Shown here: positions 9,059 to 20,100 of the stretch, one piece after another
Layout: each line of letters starts with the position of its first letter
Numbering within the stretch: position 1 is the first letter of the stretch
IMG/VR virus record: IMGVR_UViG_3300033182_000769
Location: 64,001-128,000 of that record
DNA from: a virus
Length of the DNA: 64,000 bases
Reading direction: 5' to 3' (one strand)
The notes under the pieces: generated by a model
What the model was told of the DNA's origin: nothing
Databases searched by the model: none
What the model saw: the letters and a program-made list of their open reading frames with translations, nothing else
Made by a program: the position numbers and the translations under genes

Positions 9059-10228
9059 ATGTCACAACTACTTGAAAGTCGCTGGTCAGAAACCAAAGAT
9101 GCCCTTTTAGAAGGTCTTCAAGGTAACAAGCGTTCAGTAATGGATACTACTCTTGAAAATACTCGCAAGTATTTGTCAGAGAGTGCTACTGCTGGTGCTA
9201 CTTCTGCCGGTAACGTTGCAACTTTAAATCGCGTCATCCTTCCAGTGATTAGACGTGTAATGCCAACCGTTATTGCTAACGAGTTGGTTGGCGTACAGCC
9301 AATGACTGGTCCAGTAGGTCAAATCCACACCTTGCGTGTACGTTATGCAGATGACTTTACTTCTGCAAGCGGTACTGATACTACTGCTGGTGATGAAGCA
9401 TTATCACCATTCAAGATTGCAGAAGGATATTCTGGTAACGACGTAACTGCTGCTTCTACTGCGGCACTTGAAGGTAACGCTGGTAACAGATTATCAATTC
9501 AAATCTTGAAACAAACTGTTGAAGCAAAGACTCGTAAGTTATCAGCTCGCTGGACTTTCGAAGCAGCGCAAGACGCACAAGCTCAACAGGGTATTGACGT
9601 TGAAGCAGAAATTATGGCTGCTTTGGCTCAAGAGATTACCGCTGAAATTGATCAGGAGATCTTAGCATCTCTATCAACTTTAGCAGGTACTGCTGCACTA
9701 ACTTATGATCAGGCTGCTGTTAGCGGTACTGCTACTTTCGTTGGTGACGAACACGCAGCTCTTGCAGTTCAAATCAACCGTGTTTCTAACTTGATTGCAC
9801 AGCGTACACGTCGTGGTGCAGGTAACTGGGCTGTTGTTTCACCAACAGTATTAACTTTGTTACAATCTGCTACTACTTCTGCGTTTGCACGTACTACAGA
9901 AGGTACTTTTGAAGCACCAACTAACACTAAGTTCGTTGGTACATTGAACAGTGCTATGCGTGTTTACGTTAACGGTTATGCAACAAGCGATGACGTACTT
10001 GTTGGTTACAAAGGTTCTTCAGAATCAGATGCAGCAGCATTCTACTGCCCATACATTCCATTGATGAGCAGCGGTGTTGTACTTGATCCTGCTACCTTCG
10101 AGCCAGTAGTATCGTTCATGACAAGATATGGTTATGTTGAGTTAACTAACACAGCATCATCTCTTGGTAACGCTGCTGACTACTTAGGTAAAGTAGAAGT
10201 TACTTCTGCAAACCTACGTTTCGCATAA
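9059..10228 (+). CDS. gp23: Major capsid protein (T4 gp23 family, short 389 aa form)
   Basis: VGVQPMTGPVGQI, VEAKTRKLSARWT, AFYCPYIPL and SFMTRYG motifs; strong SD AAGGAG. Confidence 0.97.
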   Translation: MSQLLESRWSETKDALLEGLQGNKRSVMDTTLENTRKYLSESATAGATSAGNVATLNRVILPVIRRVMPTVIANELVGVQPMTGPVGQIHTLRVRYADDFTSASGTDTTAGDEALSPFKIAEGYSGNDVTAASTAALEGNAGNRLSIQILKQTVEAKTRKLSARWTFEAAQDAQAQQGIDVEAEIMAALAQEITAEIDQEILASLSTLAGTAALTYDQAAVSGTATFVGDEHAALAVQINRVSNLIAQRTRRGAGNWAVVSPTVLTLLQSATTSAFARTTEGTFEAPTNTKFVGTLNSAMRVYVNGYATSDDVLVGYKGSSESDAAAFYCPYIPLMSSGVVLDPATFEPVVSFMTRYGYVELTNTASSLGNAADYLGKVEVTSANLRFA

Positions 10229-10253
10229 GAAGCAAACACTTTATAAGTGTACT

Positions 10254-10284
10254 AAAAAGGGTGGATTTAATCCACCCTTTTTTT
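10254..10284 (+). terminator. Intrinsic terminator after the major capsid gene
   Basis: AAAAAGGGTGGA-TTTAA-TCCACCCTTTTTTT inverted repeat with U-tract. Confidence 0.9.
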
Positions 10285-10303
10285 ATGTCTGTTAAATACG
10301 TGT

Positions 10304-10573
10304 ATGGAAATACGTAGCGACAAAGACTTTCCCGCTCTAAGACAGTATCTTAGAGATATGGCTATTCGTCATTCTATTTTCAAAAAAGATGTACAGAGAA
10401 TTGAAAAATCTATTGAAGATCATATAACACGTTATAGTAAGCATCTTGTAAAATATAGACAGACTAAAAGCGAGCGGTATGTTGAACATGCATACGTCGA
10501 AATAGATGAAATTAATAGAATATTAAAAACTGTAGAAAAGATCGAATTAATGGCATTGTTAAGTAGAAGATAA
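10304..10573 (+). CDS. Hypothetical protein (89 aa), probably leaderless
   Basis: Clean ORF; TAAATA at 10293-10298, 5 nt before the ATG, no SD. Confidence 0.75.
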   Translation: MEIRSDKDFPALRQYLRDMAIRHSIFKKDVQRIEKSIEDHITRYSKHLVKYRQTKSERYVEHAYVEIDEINRILKTVEKIELMALLSRR

Positions 10574-10581
10574 ATACAATG

Positions 10582-10670
10582 TCAGATAGTGTGCCGCAAC
10601 GGAGTGGCGGACTTATGGGGAATCCAACCCCGTAGCGGATAGAACCCGCATCGGACTTCTATTAAGGAGA
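10582..10670 (+). ncRNA. Candidate structured cis-regulatory 5' leader RNA (multi-hairpin junction)
   Basis: GC-rich 5' UTR after TAAATA (10571-10576) with three adjacent hairpins, ending just before SD AAGGAG. Confidence 0.5.
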
Positions 10671-10676
10671 AAACAA

Positions 10677-11123
10677 ATGGGAAGACCACTAAACAAGAGA
10701 TATTTCGGCGAACCTACTGCCGGAGGCAACGAAATTAAATGCGATTTTCACAACGGTACAGCAGTTGTTGAAGGTCATATTGTTCGTCAAAAAGGTAGCA
10801 AGAAATTTATTGTAGCAGAGATTGGCGCCGATGATACTGAGTATACTTGCTACTTAACTACTGGTAAATTAACTTCATCATTAGCCGCAGGCGAAATGGC
10901 TATTACAATGTTAATGGACGATAGTGAAACATACCAAGTTTCAAAAATCACCGGACGCAGAGCTACATTAATTGCTCCAGACGGTACAGGTTCAAACGCA
11001 TATGACGGACAGTCAGTGGCATGGAACTTTACAGTATCTGCTACTGATGGCGCAGCACAAGTTGAAGAGGCCGGTGACGACGATACTGCTGGCGTTGATG
11101 ACGACGATTTTGCTAATGCGTAA
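10677..11123 (+). CDS. Putative virion structural protein (148 aa)
   Basis: Strong SD, late promoter upstream, first gene of the fibre/appendage block. Confidence 0.7.
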   Translation: MGRPLNKRYFGEPTAGGNEIKCDFHNGTAVVEGHIVRQKGSKKFIVAEIGADDTEYTCYLTTGKLTSSLAAGEMAITMLMDDSETYQVSKITGRRATLIAPDGTGSNAYDGQSVAWNFTVSATDGAAQVEEAGDDDTAGVDDDDFANA

Positions 11124-11140
11124 TTGATGAGAGTTAGTTA

Positions 11141-12178
11141 ATGGGACAGTTTATTCAGACAAGCGGCGACTACACCATTAAAACAGGTGAAGGTAACCAA
11201 ATAAAATTTGATACCGGTGCCGGTATCGGTGAAGTTCGTGTAACAGGCAACTTAGTTGTTGAAGGTGATACACTTACTGTTTCGGCTGAAAACTTAAACG
11301 TTAACGATAACATTATCATTCTTAACTACGGTGAAACACAACCCGGAGTATCTTTAAGGTACTCCGGTATTCAAATCGATCGTGGTATTGGTAATGTTTC
11401 AAACTCAGGAGCAGATGGTCCTGCTTCTGTCGTATACGATGAAAATGATGATACGTGGAACTTTGCACACGGATCTCCCGAGAGTATCTGGAATTATGCA
11501 GAAAGTAAAATTCGAACCAGATCAATTTTAACGAATGCAGATACTGACGGCGGAGACTTAACATTAATCGGTTATGGTACCGGTGTAGTTAAGGTTTCAG
11601 GAACAACAAATTATCATTTGCAAGTAACAGAAAACGATCATATTCCAAATAAAAAATATGTTGACGACGCTATCCAGTTAAGTCCAACATATCAAATTAA
11701 ATCGCCAGACGGTGCAGGTACCAATTCTGGAGATTCAAGAGTTATTATTGCTGATAAAGATGTTTTTCCTAATATTGTTACTCAACCAGGATCGTTGGCT
11801 GCGTTTGCTAATCAAACAGGGTATTCAACTTTTGGCGATAGTGCTATTTCTGTATTAATTGATGGTATTCTAAATACACAATTCTATTCAAACAGGGTAG
11901 TAATGCAAGGCTTAGAATACACAGGTAATGAGATTACCAATAACGATACTAATGCAAACATTTTTATTAGAACACAAGGCACTGGTAGATTACAAACTAA
12001 CTACGCTTTAGAGTTAGAAGAAATTGCAGTTACACCTGCCTATGTAGGAAATTCAACTATTATTCATGCTCGCACTCCTAACTTAGGTGGCTCAGGAATT
12101 TACTTTGTAGGTTCAAATGGAAAAAATGACGAATTGATAAGTAAAAATAAAGCAGTTCTTTATAGCATGATATTTTAA
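11141..12178 (+). CDS. Tail fibre/baseplate-associated structural protein
   Basis: Fibre-like Gly/Asn/Thr beta motifs (VTGNLVVEG, LNVNDNIIILN, SGIQIDRG, NKKYVDD). Confidence 0.65.
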   Translation: MGQFIQTSGDYTIKTGEGNQIKFDTGAGIGEVRVTGNLVVEGDTLTVSAENLNVNDNIIILNYGETQPGVSLRYSGIQIDRGIGNVSNSGADGPASVVYDENDDTWNFAHGSPESIWNYAESKIRTRSILTNADTDGGDLTLIGYGTGVVKVSGTTNYHLQVTENDHIPNKKYVDDAIQLSPTYQIKSPDGAGTNSGDSRVIIADKDVFPNIVTQPGSLAAFANQTGYSTFGDSAISVLIDGILNTQFYSNRVVMQGLEYTGNEITNNDTNANIFIRTQGTGRLQTNYALELEEIAVTPAYVGNSTIIHARTPNLGGSGIYFVGSNGKNDELISKNKAVLYSMIF

Positions 12179-12189
12179 GAGAAAAACAA

Positions 12190-12573
12190 ATGATTTATAG
12201 TAAATTAATTACATCAACAGATATTACAGTTCCAGTAGAAGCGTTTACGAGCTCGTCTACAGGAGATCCAATCGGCGGCGCAGTAGTAGGTCAGACTAAT
12301 GCAATTACAACAATGATTTTATGTAATACAGGAACAGTTGACATTGCGGATGAAAGCGTTAACACTGTAAATGTAAATGTTTATCTTGTAAAGCAAGGTG
12401 CAGTTGCATCAGCAGCAAACACTATTGTAAGTCATTTAACTATTCCAGCAGGGGAAACTGTATTCTTTAGCGACGAAAAAATTATTTTAGATTCAGGCGA
12501 TGAGATTTGGGTCAGTACAAATGATAGCACAGGAGCGTTAATTGCATTTACAGTGAGTGCATTACCGGTATAA
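12190..12573 (+). CDS. Small beta-sandwich structural protein, paralogue 1 of 3
   Basis: ILCNT...VNVYLV...IPAGET...EKIIL pattern shared with 16443 and 31601. Confidence 0.65.
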   Translation: MIYSKLITSTDITVPVEAFTSSSTGDPIGGAVVGQTNAITTMILCNTGTVDIADESVNTVNVNVYLVKQGAVASAANTIVSHLTIPAGETVFFSDEKIILDSGDEIWVSTNDSTGALIAFTVSALPV

Positions 12574-12576
12574 AAA

Positions 12577-13119
12577 ATGAAATTTTTAAAATCTCAAAAC
12601 ACATCAAAGTATAGTCCAAGCGATAATGCATTCCATGTTAATCCATACGGAAGAGCTGTAATGGATATTAACGGTGCTGTAATGGTTCCAAAGGGAACAG
12701 AAGCAGAAAGACCGGATATTACTGGTGTTAGACAACCAGGAGAAGGTAATGCAACATACCCAGCAAATGGCTATTTAAGATTTAATACCGATACCAACTC
12801 GTTTGAAGGCTACATCAACGGCATCTGGGAAGTTATTCGTGCTCCGGGAGCAAATTCTATTACAAAGCAAACACTTGGGCCAGGTGATTACTCTGAACTA
12901 ATCTTTGGACCATTGTTAACTGACGATATTTTTGTAAATGCTTATTCAGCAAGTGCCGATAATCTTATTGTTTTAGTTGAAAACGTAATGCAGGTTTCGA
13001 GTACAAACTTCACTATCGTTCAAAATCCATCAGGCTACGCTGCAGGCTGGTACATTCAATTTACATCACCTGTACCCTTAGACAAATACGTAACCGTTTA
13101 CTACGGTTTTGCAAACTAA
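12577..13119 (+). CDS. Tail fibre-associated structural protein
   Basis: VPKGTEAERP...GYLRFNTDTNSFEGY motif common in phage fibres. Confidence 0.65.
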   Translation: MKFLKSQNTSKYSPSDNAFHVNPYGRAVMDINGAVMVPKGTEAERPDITGVRQPGEGNATYPANGYLRFNTDTNSFEGYINGIWEVIRAPGANSITKQTLGPGDYSELIFGPLLTDDIFVNAYSASADNLIVLVENVMQVSSTNFTIVQNPSGYAAGWYIQFTSPVPLDKYVTVYYGFAN

Positions 13120-13161
13120 TACCAAAAAACAATAAATACTGTTGTATTAGGAGAGCGACAA

Positions 13162-15252
13162 ATGCCCGCATCACCCGCACTTGGCCGAATAGGCGGTCAT
13201 TTATTAAAAGAGAATCTCGAAAGACACGGTATTGACTTAGCGTTCCGTAATACACCTACGGATGATGCTACTTTATATCTTCGTGTTGATCCTAACGTAC
13301 AAGTAATTGTTGCATCAACTAATTTAAAAGAAAAGAGTTGGTATAAAATTAGAACTTTAGACGGTTCAGATTTTACACTTGCTGGATCACCTGCTAATGT
13401 TGTTGGTACAGTTTTCCAAGCAACAGGTCCTGTTCCGCCAAAGAGTTACGACTTAACACAAGTTGTTAACGGAACATTTGACACAGACATTTCAAACTGG
13501 ACCGCAGGCGGTGGCGGAACTTTATCTTGGAATCCGTTAGGTTACTTAACAGTTGATGCATCGGGCGGTGTGAGCTCATACGCACAACAAATTATCAATG
13601 TCGATGCTGGCGGTGATTATAGATTTATTGCTACACACATTACCGGCGGTATCGATAGCCCAACAACAGATTTTAGTATTCAGATTTTTGACGACACGTT
13701 TACTATTAACTATGCAAATATTTCAAAAACAGACTTAGCAGGGTTAGGAACTCCAGGAACAATAGTTTTTGATTTTGTACCAACAACGGCTGCTGTTGCT
13801 ATTAGATTTTCTGCTTTTAACTGCGCACCAAATTGGGATAACGTTTCTTTAAGAAAAATTACTGATTCAAACGGTACAGTATTTGAAATTATGGATGCTG
13901 GAGATCCAAATCCGTTCTCTTCCGGAGTCAACGGAGTCGGTGTTAACACTGACGATCCTGCATATATGTTTGATGTTAATTCAAATATAAATTCTGTTAA
14001 CGTATCTGTAACTAATCGAATAAATGTTGACAACATTATTATTGATGCTCCTGGTAATTATTTTACAACTTCAGTTGGCCCAATAAATATCGTACCATCC
14101 GGAGCCGACCCAGTTATCTTTATGGACAGACTTGCTACCGACGGGTTGTTTTTTACAGATAACATCATTGGAACAAATGGTACTGACGAGTCTTTAATTC
14201 TACAGCCAAACGGAGCCGGAACAAATCAACTGCAAGCAAATACTAACCTTACTGGAGAATTATTTGTAGAGCGCGATATTTTAATTACTGGCGATTTGTC
14301 TTTTACAGAAAACTTAGTGCTTGGAGATTCAACATTAGCAACAGTTAAAGTCAATGCTGATTTATCACAAGGACTTATTCCAGGACAAGACAATGCATTT
14401 GATTTAGGACAAGATGCGAGAGATTCAAGTCCTCGACGCTGGAGCGAGATTCACGTTCCTGATTTAACAAACATTAATAATTTAGTCCCATTGGCTATTG
14501 AATATAGTTCGCAAACACGTATTGACGGTGTAACTAAAACAATCTCAGCATTGCAATCAAATGACGATATTGAGTTACTTCCTGATACTGGTATTAACTA
14601 TATCGAAGATATTAAGATTGAAGGCAATTTCTTAACTAACTTAATTAATATGCCAGCACTTGACGCAACTGCTGTTGCTAACGGTATGAATGCTGCTCTT
14701 GCAGGAACAATCCCAGAAGCGGTAGCATTTTGGAGTAACACACAAGTTGACGCAATACAAATAATAGTTACAGGCCCTGGCTCAACTGAAACCACAAATA
14801 GAATTGGCCCAGCAGGCGATGTATATGCAGACCCAGGTAACCCAGGTTTTAATGCAGACGACGTTACTCGAGTAACTAACATTATAAACGGAACAGGCGG
14901 CACATATAACGAGCAACTGTACTTTGAAGAAGTAAAAGATTTAATTTATGGTGATGCTACACTTTATGCAGAATACGGTAATGGCGCAGACTTAAATGCA
15001 ACGCCAATAACGATTGGCAGCACAAATAACGGATATGTAAAGTACACAGGTACTAACGGTGTAGTAATACCAGCAGGCACAACTGCTGAAAGAGCATACT
15101 CTGAAGTAGGCGAAACAAGATGGAACACAGACCTTCAATACTTAGAATGTTTTGACGGAAGTGTTTATTACATTTCCACTGGCGCAGGTGAAGTTGTAAG
15201 TGCAGACTTAATGACAGAATTAGCCATCTCAAGAGCCCTTATGTTGGGCTAA
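13162..15252 (+). CDS. Tail fibre-like protein with an inserted carbohydrate-binding-like domain (696 aa)
   Basis: N-terminus GRIGGHLLKENL and C-terminus PAGTTAER...TRWNT...LMLG shared with 15383; VVNGTFDTDISNWT begins a CBM4/9-like insert; TAAATA at 13133-13138. Confidence 0.65.
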   Translation: MPASPALGRIGGHLLKENLERHGIDLAFRNTPTDDATLYLRVDPNVQVIVASTNLKEKSWYKIRTLDGSDFTLAGSPANVVGTVFQATGPVPPKSYDLTQVVNGTFDTDISNWTAGGGGTLSWNPLGYLTVDASGGVSSYAQQIINVDAGGDYRFIATHITGGIDSPTTDFSIQIFDDTFTINYANISKTDLAGLGTPGTIVFDFVPTTAAVAIRFSAFNCAPNWDNVSLRKITDSNGTVFEIMDAGDPNPFSSGVNGVGVNTDDPAYMFDVNSNINSVNVSVTNRINVDNIIIDAPGNYFTTSVGPINIVPSGADPVIFMDRLATDGLFFTDNIIGTNGTDESLILQPNGAGTNQLQANTNLTGELFVERDILITGDLSFTENLVLGDSTLATVKVNADLSQGLIPGQDNAFDLGQDARDSSPRRWSEIHVPDLTNINNLVPLAIEYSSQTRIDGVTKTISALQSNDDIELLPDTGINYIEDIKIEGNFLTNLINMPALDATAVANGMNAALAGTIPEAVAFWSNTQVDAIQIIVTGPGSTETTNRIGPAGDVYADPGNPGFNADDVTRVTNIINGTGGTYNEQLYFEEVKDLIYGDATLYAEYGNGADLNATPITIGSTNNGYVKYTGTNGVVIPAGTTAERAYSEVGETRWNTDLQYLECFDGSVYYISTGAGEVVSADLMTELAISRALMLG

Positions 15253-15274
15253 TTTCCTTTTTGACATAAATACA

Positions 15275-15377
15275 TTTGTTATAAGATTTGACCGTCTATA
15301 ACAAAATAAACTGTGGTAAACCAGCAAAGAGCTTCGGCTGAAAATTCGGTTATCGGTGAAACACCGTGGATAAGGAG
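15275..15377 (+). ncRNA. Candidate structured 5' leader RNA
   Basis: After TAAATA (15267-15272): a long AT hairpin, an AGC-TTCG-GCT hairpin, and a CGGTG-AAA-CACCG hairpin whose stem extends to the SD. Confidence 0.45.
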
Positions 15378-15382
15378 AGCGC

Positions 15383-16435
15383 ATGGCTGTAGGTCGCATT
15401 AGTGGTCCGCTCTTAAAAGCAAACCTCATTCGTGATGGGGTTAATCTCGCTTTTGAGACTGATCTGCTATACTTAGATGTAAACAACAATCGCATCGGCG
15501 TTAATAAAGTCGCTCCGACGACAGATTTAGACGTCAACGGCACCACACGTTCAACTGATCTTTTAGTCCATAATCAAATCAATGTAGGCGATCTACATAT
15601 TACCGGTAACACTATTAGTAGTGACACTAATACAATATCTTTCCAACCATCGGGCGGTGATCCTACAGTTTATCATTCAAGATTGCATATTGATGACTTT
15701 GAGCTTCAAGGCAATACTATTTCGACTACAGTTTCAAGTTCAAACATTGAACTTAGACCAAACGGGTCAGGAACTATTGAATTAATTAATGACACTTATG
15801 TTACTGGTGACTTATTTGTTTCCGGTAATGTTAACTCAGGTGGAAATGTTGTAATTGGTGGCGATATTGTTATTGGTGATTCGCTTACTGATTCTATAGA
15901 AATTAACGCCAGCATACAAAGTGATCTAATCCCTGAAACCGATAACACATACGATATTGGTTCTGTAACCCATCGTTGGAGAAGTGTGTATGCAGATAAC
16001 GTATATGCAGATAATTTAACACTTCCTACACTTGACATTGGGGATTTAGTTTTTAGAAATAACGAAATTACAACCACTCCAGGTAATGATGTTTACATCG
16101 ACGGTAACGGAACTGGCGGTGTAAGATTAGGAAACTTTCGCTTTGCTGACAATAAAATTACAAACGTTGTTAGTAACGCAATTACAGAAATTGCACAAAC
16201 AGGAACAGGATATTTTAAAATCCAAGGAACAAACGGGTTTGTTCCTCCTGTAGGGTCAACAGCAGAACGTCCAACGTCATACGCAGTTTTAGGTATGACA
16301 CGATACAACACAAATTCTAAATCTTTAGAAGTATGGGACGGGCTTACATGGGCATCTCCAGCAGGTGCGTCAGGTGCTGTTAGTGAAACAGATGCAAACG
16401 AGATTTCGGCAATTTTCTCGTTAATGTTAGGATAA
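15383..16435 (+). CDS. Tail fibre-like protein (350 aa), paralogue of 13162..15252
   Basis: GRISGPLLKANL, IELRPNGSG repeats, PVGSTAERP...TRYNT and terminal SLMLG. Confidence 0.7.
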   Translation: MAVGRISGPLLKANLIRDGVNLAFETDLLYLDVNNNRIGVNKVAPTTDLDVNGTTRSTDLLVHNQINVGDLHITGNTISSDTNTISFQPSGGDPTVYHSRLHIDDFELQGNTISTTVSSSNIELRPNGSGTIELINDTYVTGDLFVSGNVNSGGNVVIGGDIVIGDSLTDSIEINASIQSDLIPETDNTYDIGSVTHRWRSVYADNVYADNLTLPTLDIGDLVFRNNEITTTPGNDVYIDGNGTGGVRLGNFRFADNKITNVVSNAITEIAQTGTGYFKIQGTNGFVPPVGSTAERPTSYAVLGMTRYNTNSKSLEVWDGLTWASPAGASGAVSETDANEISAIFSLMLG

Positions 16436-16442
16436 GAGAACT

Positions 16443-16775
16443 ATGCCTACAGTATTTAAAAATATTACAGCAACACAAGTTGGAACTACCCCGGTAGACG
16501 TACTACAGATTGAACCTGGTGTCCGTGCTACTGTAATTGGTTGCAACTTAGCAAATACAACAACATTCGATACAGTTAATGTAAATGTTTTTGTTGTTGA
16601 CGAAAATAGTACAGCGGCACTATATGGCAGGAATGTTATTTTGCCGCCAAATACATCAATGAAACTAATTACCGCCGGTGAGAAATTAATTCTTCCGGAA
16701 ACTGCGGGTCTGCGTATTGTATCAAACGTAGATGACAGTTTAGACGTTGTTGTAAGTTACGTTGAGATTTCATAA
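16443..16775 (+). CDS. Small beta-sandwich structural protein, paralogue 2 of 3
   Basis: GCNLANT...VNVFVV...LPPNTS...EKLIL. Confidence 0.65.
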   Translation: MPTVFKNITATQVGTTPVDVLQIEPGVRATVIGCNLANTTTFDTVNVNVFVVDENSTAALYGRNVILPPNTSMKLITAGEKLILPETAGLRIVSNVDDSLDVVVSYVEIS

Positions 16776-16786
16776 GGAGAGCGACT

Positions 16787-17149
16787 ATGTCTACATACTA
16801 CTTAGGAAGAACACCAAGCGAAATTTTAGGAGATAGTCCTCAGTATTTTTATGCATTACGCAGAAATAAAGACGGTGAATTATTTTTTGTAAGAAGTGAT
16901 CAGTTAGTAGATAACGACACTATTGAATTAAACGCTCCTGGTGCACCAAAAGATAACTTTGAAGACTTTGAACCAGGAGTTGACTTCTTAGAAGGCATTG
17001 ATGATGATCATGTTGTTCAACATAAAAATATGATTTATCCACAATATCGTTGGGATAACAGAGCAATGCTATATTATGTTGATGACGAAGGTCGATTAGT
17101 ACAACGCATCAACCAAGGTTATGATTACCCTGATGGGGTTTCGAGTTAA
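16787..17149 (+). CDS. Hypothetical virion protein (120 aa)
   Basis: SD AAGGAG; within the structural operon. Confidence 0.7.
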   Translation: MSTYYLGRTPSEILGDSPQYFYALRRNKDGELFFVRSDQLVDNDTIELNAPGAPKDNFEDFEPGVDFLEGIDDDHVVQHKNMIYPQYRWDNRAMLYYVDDEGRLVQRINQGYDYPDGVSS

Positions 17150-17163
17150 AACGGAAATAGAAA

Positions 17164-20100
17164 ATGGCAGAATTTAAGATAAGTCGAATTAGATATACCT
17201 GGAAAGGTGCATGGAACACCTCTACGGCATATATCGCAGACGATGTCGTTAGATTCGGTGGCAGCACTTGGGTGTGTATGAGAAATCATATTTCTTCTAC
17301 ATTCCAAGGAGACCAAGAATTTTTAGCGAATCCACAAGATACTGATTACAGTCCAGCATGGTTTAAAATGATGGACGGCTATGCATTTGTAGGTAACTGG
17401 GAAGAAGACACACTTTACAGTCCGGGCGATGTAGCATTATACGGCGGTAGACTTTATGTTTGTACAGAAAGTCACACTTCAAATATTACCTTTGAAGAAA
17501 ATAATCTTAAATGGTTTGTGTTTACAAACTTGCATAATTGGGTTAACGATTGGGCTGCTGAAACAAGATACGGTATTGGCGATTTAGCAAAGTATGGCGG
17601 CGTTGTTTATAGATGTATTCTCGAGCACACATCAGCAGATGTTGCAGGCGGATTAGAAGAAAACCAGTTAAATTGGTCTGCTTATTATAGCGGTATTGAA
17701 TTTGTAGGTGCATGGACAGCAGACGAGAGATATCGCCCAGACGATTTAGTAAAATATGGCGGTAGTATACTACGTTGTGTTTCTGGACACACTGCAACTA
17801 CTTTTGAACCGTCAGCATTTATTACAGAATTTCCTGGATTTAAATTCCAAGGAGAGTGGGATGTAGCAGAATTTTATGCTGTTGGAGATATTGTAAGACA
17901 CGGCGGATACCTATATAAATCTATTTCAAATAATACAGGCGAAACTCCAGACAATTTAAATTACGGCGATAATACTAACTGGCAATTTTTATCAAAAGCA
18001 ATTAACTTCCGCGGTGCATATGATAAAGACACAGCATACCACACTGGTGATTTAGTTAGACGCGGCGGAACTTTATACGTTGCATTAACAGATAGAACAC
18101 CTGATGGAAGTTCTATCGATTATTTAAACACGTCGGATTGGAAAGAAGTTGCACCAGGTGTTAACTGGAAAAATGGATGGAAAGTTGACGAGCTGTATGG
18201 CCCGGGTGACGTTGTAAATTATAGAGGCGTAACATGGGCTTGTAATTACGGACACGTTGCAAGTTATCAAAACTTCCCATCAGACGATAACGGTTCTGGA
18301 AACAATTACTGGGATAGAGTTGTTGACACTGGTATTCCAGCAGGTTTATCAAACCGAGGCGATTTATTAACATACGATTTCTTTAGAGAAGACATCGGCG
18401 ATGAAAGTTCTTTAGGTGTTACTCGTGTAGCCGTTGGTCAAAATACAGAATATCTTACAATTGATGATCAAGATAGTTTAACTTATTCTACATGGGGCAA
18501 CAATGAGAAATTTATTCATGTTGCACCAAATGGTATTGATAGTACAGACGATCCTGAGCAAGGTAAAAACTGGAATAAACCATTTAAAACTATTCAATTT
18601 GCTGCACAAGAAATTGAAAGTTGGGGCGAAGCAGGATGGCATACCACCATTAACTTAAGAACTGGTATGTATCACGAGGTACTTCCAATTGTACTACCTG
18701 AAAAAGTTTCAATTGTAGGCGACGAACTGCGCGGTGTTCAAGTCGCACCAATGCCGGCAGTTGCTGAATTGGCGAACGATTTAAGTTACTCGACTGCTGC
18801 ATTAGAACATATTTCGTCACTCTTACCGGCATTAATGAAAGGAGAAACTGTTAATCCTACTCCGGGAAATACAGCGGTACTTCCGCCGTTAGTATCAACA
18901 GTCGAAGAAGAAGTTACAGTTGAAGTCGGCGGCGAAATTATAGTAGAGACACAAATAAGCACTACTTTCTACTTCGCTACTGATGAAACTATTAATTTTG
19001 TTCAAGGATTAATTGATGACATAATTGCTTACGCAACTTATTACATCGATGGCACTGGAAATCTTCCAACAATGACTGGTTCAAATAACACCAGAACCGA
19101 TGGTTATTACGGTGAAGGACAGGAATGGCCCGATAGTATTCAAATTTTACATTTGTTAAAAACTTGGATTGCTGAAGAGGCAAGCGCATTCATTGCGTAC
19201 ACATTCCCAGATTATGAATTTAATCCAGATCGTTGTAAAAGAGATATGCGCAAGTACGTCGAGGCGTGGACATATGATGTTGATTGGAATGGAAACTATA
19301 AATCGTTAGTCGCTGCACGTTTATATAAAAATGCAGTGTTGGGTTCAGAAACAGAAGATATGTTCTATATGCGTAACTCAACAGGTCTTCGTAATATGAC
19401 GCTAACAGGATTATCTGGTACGTTGAGCCCCCCAGCAGTTAACGAATTATATCGTAGACCAACAGGTGGAGCATTTACTTCACTTGATCCAGGCTGGGGA
19501 CCAGATGACGAGAAAGTATGGATTCATACACGTTCTCCGTTTATGTCGAACGTTACAACATTTGGTGAAAACTGTACAGGTCAAAAAGTTGATGGTTCGT
19601 TACACAACGGCGGTTATAAGTCATTTGTATCAAACGACTACACACAGATTATTTCAGACGGTATTGGTGCGTGGATTACTAACAGTGGTAGAGCAGAGCT
19701 TGTATCTGTGTTTACTTACTATGCGCAAATTGGTATGTTCTCAGAGAACGGTGGTATTATTCGTGCTACAAACGGTAACTCATCATACGGTGATTACGGA
19801 GCAATTGCAGAAGGTAACGATCCAGAAGAAACACCACGTTACGGCACAGTTAATGGTAGAACACAGCAAGCACAAGTTGCCGCTGCGTTTGCTGGTGAGA
19901 TTAACGACTACATTCTTATTTTAGAATATAGCAATGCTGGACAAGAGTACACTCGAGCAGGATACAATTTTGTTGGATCTGGCTATAATGCACAAGCAGT
20001 ACAAGAAGAATTTAGAGATAACGCAATTTTTGAAATTCAAGTTAAGAACGCCCCGGGTCTTGAAGGTAACTTACCAGGTGGTTCTAACTATTCATTAATT

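Noticed and set aside
10582-10665. Cloverleaf-like leader considered as a tRNA
   Set aside because: No T-loop GTTCRA, no proper 7 bp acceptor stem and no CCA end.
15311-15350. Resemblance of GGTAAACC...GCAAAG to the c-di-GMP-I riboswitch
   Set aside because: The GNRA-capped stem expected between these elements is missing; kept only as an unassigned structured leader.
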